Positions 50,361 through 62,200 of a stretch of DNA of 64,000 nucleotides are shown in pieces. How positions within the stretch are numbered: the first letter of the stretch is position 1; the number at the start of each line of letters is the position of its first letter. The notes beneath the pieces were generated by a model. The model was not told the origin of the DNA and ran no database searches. It saw only the letters and a list, made by a program, of their open reading frames with translations. The translations under genes and the position numbers were made by a program. This stretch comes from Octopus vulgaris (lineage: Eukaryota), in NCBI GenBank assembly GCA_951406725.2, contig OX597815.1, forward strand, positions 95,604,001 to 95,668,000. The letters are read 5' to 3'.

Positions 50361-52963
50361 TAATATCAATAAAAGAAACGCTGAAACAAAAAGTCCAAGC
50401 AAAAGCCCAAAGAATACGAAGATTTGAGAAGAGAAACAAGTTTTACAAGCAAAATAAGCTGTTCACATCCAATGCCAAAAAATTCTACAGAGAAATAGGG
50501 AAGGAGAAAGTAACCGTTAAAGACCCCCCTCCCATGGAAGAAGTTCAAAACTTTTGGAAAAGTATTTGGAGTGACAAGAAGACGTACAACATAAATGCAG
50601 ACTGGATTATACAAACTGAAGGATCCTACCAAAATTTACAACAACAAGCATGGGAAGACATCACAATAACAGACCTAAGAAAGGCACTCACGAAGGCCCA
50701 TAATTGGAAATCCCCCGGTAAAGATAGGGTGCCGAATTTCTGGCTCGCATCGCTCCCATGCGCACACGGTAAGCTAGTTCAGCTGCTCAATGGAATTATG
50801 AGAGACCCAAAGAAAACACCTGAATGGTTAGCAAGTGACATTACTTACCTACTCCAAAAGAATAACGAAACCAACCTTCCAAAAAACTATCGGCCTATAA
50901 CCTGTCTATCCACCACGTATAAAATCCTAACATCTATCCTGGCGGAGAAAACATATGCATTCATGGAGAAGAACGATATTTTCCCCATTGAACAAAAAGG
51001 GTACCGCCGAGGCTCTTACGGATGCAAAGATCAACTGCTAATCAATCGTATGATCCTTGAGAACTGTCACAACAGGCGCAGAAATCTCAGCCCCGCATGG
51101 ATTGACTATAAAAAGGCCTTCGACAGTATACCGCATCCATGGATCTTGAGATCGCTGGACATCTTCAAAATTTCCCCTGTGATTTCAAACTTCCTGAAGC
51201 ACAATATGTCGTTGTGGAATACGAATCTCCAATTATACCACTCTAATGGAGTACTTGCCTCAGAAAATATAAACATCAACTGTGGAATTTTTCAAGGTGA
51301 CTCACTTTCACCTTTAATATTCTGCATAGCCCTAATACCCCTTACAAGTAAATTAAACAGAACAGGGTATGGGTATAAAATTGCCAATAAAAAAATAAGA
51401 CATCTATTTTATATGGATGACTTAAAACTTTATGGTAAAGACAATAATGAACTTGAAGGCCTATTGTGCACTGTGAAAGCATTCAGCGATGACATCGGGA
51501 TGGAGTTTGGACTTGAGAAGTGTGCCAAGGCCACTTTCCAGAAAGGGAAAGTGAAGACCACAAATTCAGTCGTGTTAGATGTTGACACAGTCATAAGAGA
51601 GCTTGAGCAAGAACAAACATACAAATATTTAGGGATAAATGAAGGCTCTGGTATTCAGCATGCAAGCATGAAAGAGAAGATCAGGAAGGAATGTTATAGG
51701 AGAGTTCGTGCAGTCCTGAAATCTGAACTAAATGCACGTAACAAGGTGTTAGCTATAAATTCCTTAGCAGTTCCAGTTGTTACTTATAGCTACAATGTGT
51801 TGAACTGGAATATGAGTGAAGTAAAGAATATAGATAGGAAAATACGCAAGCTGCTGAGTTGTAATAGGATGCACCACCCAAAGGCAGACGTAGATCGCCT
51901 TTACCTTCCCAGAGCCCAAGGAGGTCGGGGCCTGATCCAATTTGAACTAGCTTACAAAACAACCACAATTGGACTGGCCAAATATCTCGAAATATCGAAT
52001 GACTGGATGCTAAAACTCGTGGAAAATCACGAGAGACGAAAGAAGCTTCATTCTATTATAAAGGAAAGCAAAAAATTTGCTATTGATCTCGTGCAGGATA
52101 CCCAAACAGAACAACCCGAGGGAAGTACGGCAATTATTGTTGCAAAGAAGGTAAAAATAATGGCAATGAAAAAAGCGCACGAGCAATTGGCTGATAGGTG
52201 GGAGGAGAAACCTCTGCACGGCAAATATGTGACCCGCAGCAAACAAGCTGATGTTGACCAGAAGCAAACCCATCAGTGGCTACGGAGCTCAGGGCTAAAA
52301 GCAGAGAGCGAAGGTTTCATCCTGGCTGCTCAAGATCAAAGCCTATTAACCCGGAACTACCAGGCCAATGTGATGAAAAATGGAGCAGACCCAAAATGCC
52401 GATTCTGCAACGACATGATTGAAACAGTGGACCACCTAATCTCTGGATGTAAAGTCTTAGCTCCAGTGGAGTATAAATTAAGACATGACAGAGTTGGCCA
52501 ATATCTCCACTGGCTAATAAGTCGGCATTACAATATCAAAACTGCCGACAAGTGGTATAATCACCACCCTGAGGCTGTAACTGAAGGAGAACATGTAACC
52601 ATTCTGTGGGACTTTCCAGTACATACAGACCGAACCATCAAGGCCAATAAACCAAATATTGTTGTGAAAGACCAAAACAATAAAGTTTGCTTATTGATCG
52701 ACATGAGCATCCACTGTGATCATAATATCTCAGCGAAAGAGTTTGACAAGCTCAGAAAATATAAAGACCTACTCATTGAAATTGAGAAAATGTGGCATCT
52801 CAAGGTGGTTACAATACCAGTGATCGTAGGAGCACTAGGAATGATCAAGAAGGGAACCGAAAATTATATGAGAGTGATCCCTGGCTTACCATCCCTGCAA
52901 GAAGTGCAAAAGATTGTCTTAACTGGTACATCACACGTATTGAGAAGAGCATTGTCGATGTGA
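50357..52963 (+). CDS. R4/Dong-clade retrotransposon ORF (RT, CCHC finger, restriction-like endonuclease), 5'-truncated
   Basis: KSPGKD, NYRPITCL, WIDYKKAFDS, GIFQGDSLSP, LFYMDDLK, YKYLG, CRFC-x8-H-x4-C, RHD and WDFPVHTDRTIKANKPNIVV...LLID. No APE domain. The nominal ATG comes from the microsatellite. Confidence 0.95.
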
Positions 52964-53146
52964 GAACTGTTGCTGCTCATGTATTTTAATTTAACTTAAA
53001 AAAAAAAAAAAAATGAACGAACTATTGAGTTTGGTTTAATGGCCTACCAATGTATACTATGAGTTTCTTTGCCCTAGGAGTCGGGAAGACACTCGGCAAG
53101 AAATGGAAGCAAATTTGAAAGAAGAAAAAAAAAATAATAATAATAA
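50359..53146 (+). mobile_element. R4/Dong-type LINE inserted in (AAT)n
   Basis: (AAT)n on both sides. The 3'UTR ends GGAAGACACTCGGCAAGAAATGGAAGCAAATTTGAAAGAAG-An-(TAA)n. Confidence 0.92.
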
Positions 53147-53198
53147 CAACTTCGAAAAATAACTTAGGAATGAGAACCCAGTTTCGAAATTTATCTTA

Positions 53199-53244
53199 GA
53201 CACCTGATGAATGCTAGAGGGTATATCAGCCGGAACGTTGTGTT
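53199..53244 (+). ncRNA. Degenerate type I hammerhead (A13G) in the tail following the Dong insertion
   Basis: GACAC (stem I), CTGATGA, A, TGCTAG-AGGGTATA-TCAGCC (stem II, partly mutated), GGAA, CG-T (palindromic stem III), T, GTGTT (stem I'). Confidence 0.6.
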
Positions 53245-53623
53245 AACAACAAACAAGATGAGGCCAAATATCCATCAAATGTAAATAATGTACATAATTT
53301 CTCATCTCTGAAATATAAAACTGTATTAAAAAATGCTTATATTAATAACTACAATTCATCTTTAGTCGTTGATAACGAATCACGTGGCAGTCTCCAATTT
53401 ACATCCTGACCGGCCAGTAGCTAGGTTGTTGGCTATAAATATCATCTCACCCCAATACACTTCCACTTCATTAATGGTTCTGTTTTCTTCCATTCAAGGC
53501 TGTCAAATAGACACGTTCCCACTGCGCAAAGGGAATGTTCTTCCATTGTTTTGGTATATAAGTTATCTGATGAATACGTTTTATTTTTACTATGATGTAT
53601 GTATGTATGTATGTATGTATATG

Positions 53624-53656
<33 letters not shown>

Positions 53657-55560
53657 TCCAAATTAATTAATTTCACCCTTCATTATTACGGATAACCATA
53701 TTTTATCTCAGTGGATGACCATAGCATCTTGTTTTGGCTACACGCGGGTGGGAAGGGGCTGGTGACACAATCCTTTCATTCACACGTTGAGTTTGGTGAT
53801 ACTAGTTGCGGATTCTAGCTCGCTCTGATACTGAGTTGAGTTGGTGCCTTCTAGTATCTCAAAATTCAATATATAATCACTTATGATTATAGTATTCTAC
53901 GCTGAAGAGAAAAGAAGTTTGGGTAACGTAGAATTATTTAACATTTAATTCTCATGCTTTCCTAAAAACTTGATTTCGAAACGTGCGTCCGTAGATAACT
54001 TAAAATTGTATGATAGATTGCCGTCAATTCATTCTCTCTTACCTGTTTGTGTCTGCCTTCCAATTGCTGTGTTTTTTACTGAGATCTCCCTTTTTAGTAG
54101 AAGAAATAGCTATAACTCTTTACTGCTATTTCTAAATTCGGTATGTGGTAAGGCAATTCGTTGCTAAACCCTTTATTGCTTAGTATTACTTATATATATA
54201 TATATATTTATGCATATACATATTATAATAATGGAGGCAGGTTTATGGGGTTTTTTCTGGGTTTCTCGCTCATAAGGGATTTAGCCTTACGGCGTATCTT
54301 CAAACTCCAAACACTGCAGCCCAATACCTCTTCAAAATATGGAGAGAGAAATGGTTCTCTATAAAATTAAACACTAGAAGATTATCTCCCTTTGGTCATC
54401 AAGCTTCGGCTGCGCCGCCACCTTGCGGTCACCAAAGGACTGCGATGGTAACACGAAGGTAAGCGATTGTCACCCTTTCGTCCTTCGCTGTTGGCTTCCG
54501 ACTGTAGTGTCGTCTTTCAGATTCCAAAATACAAAGAGGAATCTTCGAAGATGTAAGAATGGCCCGAATATCTCCATCGTTGGTTTCAGGATGCTTCCTA
54601 GCACGTTTGGACGTTTTAGGATTCTCGTGCCTTCGGCAATCCATTGATGTGGACTATTAAAAGCAATATTTTCAGGAAGCACACGGACGCATACTAATAG
54701 CTTTATTTTATAAAAGTAAAAGGAATAAATATGGTAAGATGTATATGTTTTCAACGTAAAGGTATCATTTGACGATAAACACAACTGGTATGAATAATAG
54801 ACTTCAGAACAAGAAAAACCGATTGTTTTGCGCATAACCAAAGGAATATATATCAAACGAGTTTTAACTTGTTTAGTTCTCCTTGATTAATTTTCTATCA
54901 AATGCATGTTTTGGAAATTTATATAATAACATTAATAATATACAATGTCTATAAATTCAGTGTCATTAAACTATGATTATGCTGAATTGGTTTCTGTTTC
55001 TTTTATGCAAATTTGCTGTGAGTTTAATAATAGAAGTTGAATTACTTTAAATATCTCAGGAGATTCGCTCTTTATTAAAATGTTTCATCGATTTTGTAAA
55101 AATATGTAATTAGAAATATATTGTCTTCGCGAGACTTAGAGAATTAGATGAATCGTAAATGGGATTCTTATACAGTTTAATACACAATTACTGGCATATA
55201 AAACAAAATGACATATTTGGCCGAAAGCCTAATTTTGTGTATTTCATCACGCGACACTTATCACTGAACGTGCTTGTCATGAGATTTGTTTATAATTGCT
55301 TGTGTGTGATTCTAGAAAGCTAATGTATGTGTGAATATATATATACGCAAACATATGTGTGTGTGTGTAAGCGCGTGTGTCAGTTTGTGTACATGTGTAA
55401 ATGTGTTATCAGAGCATTTCAAAGCATGCGATTTCGCAGTTATATGAGAATTACTTTTGGGATGGAATAATAGGAATATGATACCATAGAGCAAAATAAA
55501 GCTGCGATTATTGGAACTAGAGAGATAACATATATAAGTTTCTACTGTTTTAGAATTATC

Positions 55561-55603
<43 letters not shown>

Positions 55604-55700
55604 TTTTAGCATGATGAAAATATAAATTTGTGCTCACCTAGATATTGTATAATACCCATTTGCAATATTAATCCGAGCATGCTCTTGTGTATATTTGTAT

Positions 55701-55796
<96 letters not shown>

Positions 55797-57775
55797 TATG
55801 TATATGAATCTTCAACTTTCTTCCGGAAATAACTCTCTAAAAATACTTGGAGATTCTCCCTTGTAGTACAGAAAATCCTACAAATAAGTTTGATGCTTTA
55901 GCTGGGAAAAGTATATATGCCTGTCCATGATGACTCAAGCGACAAAGCGAAAAGGGAAATTTCATCAATTATAGTCCTCGATAAAAACAACGGAGCACTA
56001 ATTGTCAACCATATAAGATTAATTTCGTTGACATTCGCATCCTCATTAATAATATGCCCTCTCTACTTTTGCTGTGCCATTGTGCCATAGGGTGTATCTG
56101 CTTATCTGTCTGCGAGTTTGTTTGCGAAACTGTTTACAGATTCTGTATTTATACTAATAAGAATGTGAGTTGGAATACGGACGTGGGAAGGAGAGAAAGA
56201 GAGGGATAGGGAGTGTGTGTGTGCGCATACATGTGTGTTTGTGTGTGTGTGTGTGTGTGTGTCTGTCTGTGTGCGTGTGTGTGTGTGTGGGAGTGCGTGT
56301 GCGTGCACCTGTTGATTAGGATGTTGATTCTGTGAGTAAATGTGTTACAGAAAACATATTTGGGTGCGTGAATGCACTGGTGTAGATTCCGTAAAAGGTC
56401 TCTGTATTTGTTCATTTATTTTATGCCTAGTATGTTTTCCTTTGTGAAATGCTGTGTGTATAATGTGAAATGCTGTGTGTATAATGGCGTCTGTGCGTGT
56501 GTCTGCGTGCATGAATACTCAAGGGCAGTCATTTATTAATTTATAGGATGGTTTTCATATTAATATACTACGACATTATTCATCGTTCTGAACGCAAACA
56601 GAACAAAGATATATATTTACCATACTACTTTATGTTTACAAACGCCCCAGTGTATATTTATTAACCTAACACTTATACACCAATTGTATATTACTAAACT
56701 GCAAGTGTGTATTTTCCTCTGTTTGGGGCGGTAGTGACTGTCTAATAAGTCCACGTTATCTAGATTACATATTAAAAAATACTTTGCACAATAGTTATTA
56801 TCATTATGAACATTGTACTCTGATGAAAATGAGTATTTGTTCAAAGTGTTACATAGTGTTTTAAGTGTTCAAAGTGTTTTAATCATAAATAAAAGAATTC
56901 GGTGAATGTAATTTAGATATAGTTATGTCTGCATCGCGTTTACACGATAGTATATCAGAAAATGCAATTAGTATGAGAAGGCATTTATAATTGATGTTGT
57001 TAAATATTTGCTAAGCAGCTGAATTGAGATTACGGTTGGATAAATATGTAGTGGTGATAGTGTATTCATTTTCAACGTTTCGTTAGCGTAATTTTGTCTC
57101 GTTGCATATTTCAGTGCAACAATTCTCTGACAATTATTGAAAATGAGATGAATTTGGCTTCCGCAATTTTAATTAAAAGTTTATATTTGTAATTTAATGA
57201 CCTCCGTCTCTTTCTAAATTAAACATCCTAGTGATGTTTAATGTAGAGATACTTTGTTTAATTACGATACACGTATGAGTAAAAAGCATTGGACATATAA
57301 TTGGAATGCTTAATTGCAGTATTTGCTATATTCGTTTTAGTAAAACTGGATTTTATCAACAATTTTCAATGGGGGAACATAATATCGCTCTTACAAATTG
57401 TCTTCACACATTTTCAACTACAAACAGAAAGCAAAAATCAATAAGTGGCAAATATATTGATATTACAAGCTCGCTATTTATAATGCTGTTTGTAATGCTA
57501 TAGGTGTATTTTCAGTCAAGACTTCGCTGAAGAGTTTTTAGATAGTATTACAGAAAACTGGTTGTATACACTACATAATGTTTTATATTTGAGAGGGAAT
57601 TTGACAGGAGTGAAGTTGCTGCACATATCGTCTCCACAAAATGGCGTGGCTGGGGTCACAATAATGTATTTAGTAGCACATTTGCGATCTTTCCTAAGTC
57701 CATCAGATGCTACGTAATCACGATAGAAATATGAACGTGATTTTTTTTACCGTTTTTACAACCTTGTTTTCATGA

Positions 57776-57818
<43 letters not shown>

Positions 57819-57918
57819 CATCATATAGGCAAAAAAGTAATATTTCAAACGCGGTATACCCGTAAAACACCAGAAAGTTTGGGTACTTTACCCTTATATG
57901 ACAGAAAAAGTTGTCACC

Positions 57919-57990
57919 AGACAGCCCCGAGTCTCGAACCTGCACCTTCCTGATATCGGCTTAGGACTTTAGCAATTAAGTTAAACTGCC
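57919..57990 (-). mobile_element. Decayed tRNA-like head (SINE or tRNA pseudogene)
   Basis: Minus strand GCAGTTTAACTTAATTGCTAAAAG...GCAGGTTCGAGACTCGGGGCTGTC, with a B box and a decayed A box. Confidence 0.5.
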
Positions 57991-58089
57991 CGCTGAGAAC
58001 ATTTTCCACCAAATCTACACGCTAAATACATAGCTTAATTTGAAATGCAACAACGTATGTAAAGAAACTTTTCATATAAATAAAATGTT

Positions 58090-58625
58090 ACTCATATCGT
58101 AAATGAATGAAGTGTGCTGGCACAGAAAGAATACAAGAAAAGACACGACAACCTGGGGAGAGTAATCTACTGGGCGTTACGTAGACAGCTAGGATTTGAT
58201 CATACTCATAAATGGTATCAACATGAACCTAGAAAGGTGCAACAAATTATGAAATATACGTTGTTGTGGGACTTTCATATTCAGACGGACAGAATAAAAG
58301 CAGCTAGAAGACCTCATTTAGTACTACTAGATAAAGAGAATAGAAAGTACTAAATAATTGACTTTACACTCTCAAATGATGAGAAAGTCAATATGAGAGT
58401 TGTAGAGAAAGTAGCAAAGCACCGAGATCTAGGCATCGATTTGAGTTAGAGAGATTATGTAAAGTGCAGGTAGAATGCATCCCTGTAGTTATTAGGTACA
58501 ATCCTTAAAGATCTTAATAGACAAATAGAGAAAATAGGCATAAAATCTAGTTTAGTACAGCTCCAGAAAGTAGTGTTATTAGGGACGGCTAAAATACTTA
58601 GGATGTATCTTGGAATTTTGGGTTA
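58090..58625 (+). mobile_element. R4/Dong-type LINE 3' (RLE) fragment
   Basis: LAQKEYKKRHDNLGRVIYW...KWYQHEP...LLWDFHIQTDRIKAARRPHLVLLDK. Confidence 0.88.
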
Positions 58626-59001
58626 CGTTTTGTTGCCTGATGTATGGAATTATTCTTTTCCAACAGTTTTTGTGCGTATATGAAAGGATCATGATGTTAT
58701 AAACTGCAGGAATACAGGAGTTGCAACAAAACCTATGATAAAAAAGAATCAAGAAGAAGAGTGAACATTTAAACCAAAGACAGAAGGACTACTGAGAAGA
58801 CCAAAACGAAAGCTGAATGGTATGTTTTGGGAGCTATGCAGGAGGTAAGACCTACGATGTATCGACTATTGGTATGAACATCACACCTTTTCTTCACAGA
58901 AAGGAAAATGCAACCTAACAGCGAGTTACCTTTCTCTTACCGAGGGAGACTAGGATATGGATCTTCACTAACATAGCAATGTCTGCATATCATAACATTG
59001 T

Positions 59002-59004
<3 letters not shown>

Positions 59005-59070
<66 letters not shown>
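59005..59070. repeat. (GA)n microsatellite
   Basis: Direct reading. One of many simple tracts; long (TA)n/(CA)n tracts also occur near 8540-8700, 9850-10025, 14232-14390, 17420-17525, 20740-20870 and 55705-55800. Confidence 0.95.
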
Positions 59071-59071
<1 letters not shown>

Positions 59072-59199
59072 GGAATCCAAGGTTATTATCAAAACGTGCA
59101 GTTTGATCCACAGTGTAATCAAAGGGCTTCAACATTGAATGTTATAATAATCATGATAGCTCTAATTGGGCCATCTCAAAGGACACACAAATCTCGTAT

Positions 59200-60130
59200 A
59201 AGAAGATGGAATTTCTCATACCGTATATCATTGAAAGTACACTACTGAAAATAATACTTGAATCAGTGCATGTAGTTAGGAAATGGTTTAGTTGCTAAGT
59301 TTAGTTGATGCATGGCATATTTAACACGGGAGATGAAAGTGAAATCTAGAGAGACGGGTTTAAGATTACCATGGATAGATTATAAGAAAACCTATGGCAT
59401 AACGTATTAAAAATGCAAAGAATAAAAAAATGAAATAAATTCTTTAATACTATCGCTAAAACTCTTCAGCAAAGATATAGGTATAGAATTTAGATTAAAT
59501 AACTTTATAATATCAGTCATAAACACGGGTTGTGCAATCAGTAGTAAAAACGTTCAGTTTTTGCAATTATAAATGCAAAATAATGAAAACATGCCCTAAC
59601 TCCAAATGCAGAATGTGCAACCAGCAGAATGAGACAGTTGACCACATCATGATATATATATATATATATATATAGATACGACCGAGTAAGTAGTTATATC
59701 CATTGGACTTTAAAGCTGATAACATATTATATAAATATGTGCCGAACAAAGTTCTAGACAACCACCAGATCACAATCCTCAGGGATATGCCGGTTCAAAC
59801 CAACAAAGAAATAAAAACTAACCGCCTTCACACAATAATCAAAGATTGGGATAAAAACCCTGCTAAATGATAGATATTGGAGTCCCTTCTGATCAAAATA
59901 TTGTCCAAAAAGAAATGGCAAAATGTCAAAGTACAAAGACCTCGAAACTGATATGTCCAAGACGTGCAGCATAAAGGGGAAAACAACACCAATAATAATG
60001 GGAACATTGGGCATGATAAATGGACATATGAGCAAAAGCGTAGGAGCCACACCTGGATCTTCAACACTACACACTGTCCAAAAAATAGCCCTCCTACGAA
60101 CAACCCACATCATATGCAAGACACATGAAT
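59200..60130 (+). mobile_element. R4/Dong-type LINE decayed fragments (RT remnants, CCHC, RLE)
   Basis: KCRMCNQQNETVDHI, ITILRDMPVQTNKEIK and SKYKDLETDMSK...PIIMGTLGMI...VQKIALLRTTHII. Confidence 0.8.
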
Positions 60131-60574
60131 TAAATAATGCAACTTAAACAAAACAGCAATTTTCCCGGCGTGCTAAATATTCTGCCAGATCACTGCTTTC
60201 TAATGATAATATAGGTGTTAAGAAGACACACGGCAAGAAATAGAAATAGAAGTGAAAGGAGATGATAATGAAAATTATCAGACACAACAAAGTAGACACA
60301 CACTATACGGCAATTATCTAGTGATGTCATATAAGCTTCAACCAGTAATTCATATAAGCAACGCATTAAATACAATACAAGCAGTAATACAAAAAAAGAC
60401 TTGACCACACCACGAGAGAAAAAAAAACTGGTACAATAGAATGCCAGGAAGAGTTTGCACACCCCTAACAACAGAAAAGAACTCACAGTGCTGCACACAT
60501 CCCATCAACACGGAGGTGATGCAATAGAAATTTGCCTGCACTACCAAATGCTAAATAATTATAATGATAACAAT

Positions 60575-60790
60575 AATCCTTTTTACTATAGGCACAATGC
60601 CTGAAATTCTTCGGTGTGGAAGTCGATTAGAGCTGCCCCAGTGCTCAATTAGATTAAATTAATTTATCGACTTCGAAATAATGAAAGTCAGTGTCGACCT
60701 CGGCGGAATTTGAACTTAGAACGTGTAGACGGACGAAATGCCGCTAAGCATTCTGCTCGGCGTGCTAACGATTCTGCCAGCTCCCCGCCT
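60575..60790 (-). mobile_element. tRNA-derived SINE (family C)
   Basis: Minus strand AGGCGGGGAGCTGGCAGAATCGTTAGCACGCCG...AAGTTCAAATTCCGCCGAGGTCGAC...TTTCAT...GTCGATAAATTAA, with the tail running into (ATT)n. Confidence 0.8.
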
Positions 60791-60869
60791 TCTAGTATTA
60801 ATATAGGTGTCAGGAAGACCCACGGCAAGAAATGGAGACAGAATTGAAAGAAGATGATAATGAAAATTA

Positions 60870-61340
60870 TCAGACACAACCAGGTAGCCCAAAATCTTCA
60901 CTCCCTACTAGGTCGGAAGTATAGTCACGAGGAAAAGGACGAAAAGAGGAAGGCAAAAATCCTCTGGGACTTTGACTTCAAGACAGGCAAGATCTTAGGG
61001 CACAGAAGTCCGGATATAGTACCCTTTAGGAGGGATAAACAAGAGTGCTTAATAATCGCTATGGCAGGCGGTCAAAAAATTGTCATGAAAGAAAGAGAAA
61101 AGACTGATAAATATGGAAACCTGAGAACTGAGACACCAAGATGTGGCAGCTACGAGTCAAATATAAAGATTGCCCCAATTGTCATCGCAGCACTGGGTTC
61201 GATGACAATGCCAGCCAACCTAAAGTAATATATGAAAACTTTAGAAGTAACTTGCAATCTAGGTGTATTGTAAATATCGCCATTCTGCTTAAAATACTGT
61301 CTGTAAAAGTTCCTTGATGTGACTTGACAGATAGTACAAT
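60870..61340 (+). mobile_element. R4/Dong-type LINE 3' (RLE) fragment
   Basis: RHNQVAQNLH...AKILWDFDFKTGKILGHRSPDIV...EKTDKYGNL...PIVIAALG. Confidence 0.85.
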
Positions 61341-61479
61341 TTCCAGTGGACACAATATCTTCAATAAACAACACTATATTGGATACTGTACAACGTCTTA
61401 AATAATAATAATAATAATAGTAGTAATAACAATAATAATAATAATAATAGTAATAATAGACAACACATGAGAAAACGTT

Positions 61480-62104
61480 GAATCTGTGAATAAAATGGTG
61501 AAACCGTATGGCATATTACCAGGCAATGAACACCACTAACTCAGCACGAATATAAGAGACATTATGACAACATAGCAAAGATTGTCCATTGGACACTTTG
61601 CAACAAGTATGGACTTGAAGATCAAAGGAGTGGTACGAACATAAACCCGAAGTTATCATCGAACATTTCAATGCAAAGCACCTATGGGATTTTATGAAAC
61701 AGTGCGGCCAAGAGATAGAGAATATGAAGCCAGATATAGGCTTAATTGAGAAAGAAAGCAAACGATGCTGGATCATAGATGTAGCAAGCTCAGCTGATAA
61801 CAACGTATGCGATAAGAAAGTAAGAAAAGTTGATAGATATGACAGATTAGCTCGGGACGATAAGTAGTTGTGGTCGATGAACATGTTGGTAGTAGTATCA
61901 ATAATTGTCGGACCCCTGGGAACATTGGGTAAAAAATCTTGAGAAGTACATGGAACAAATGCGGCTGCAATAAGGGCGGAACCTTTGCAGAAAAAAACAC
62001 TGCATGGAACTGTTCTTATATTTCAGATGGTGTTACCATTGTTCAGTGGTAGAGAACAGCTGACACCATACACCTTCAGCGCTAGAAGCTGTACAAAGAC
62101 AATA

Positions 62105-62151
<47 letters not shown>

Positions 62152-62200
62152 TAATAATAATAACAACAATGAAATAATAATAATAATAATAATAATAATG
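61480..62200 (+). mobile_element. R4/Dong-type LINE 3' fragment with long (AAT)n tail
   Basis: YKRHYDNIAKIVHWTLCNKYGL, WYEHKPE, AKHLWDF...KPDIGLIEK...IIDVAS. (AAT)n at 62101-62200. Confidence 0.85.

Noticed and set aside
53894-53934. ATTCTACG-CTGAAGA...CGTAGAAT with an 8-bp stem I
   Set aside because: There is no stem II and no properly placed GAAA/stem III, so it cannot be called a ribozyme.
54400-54660. GC-richer block with short ORFs on both strands
   Set aside because: No convincing motif. It may be an old retroelement end.
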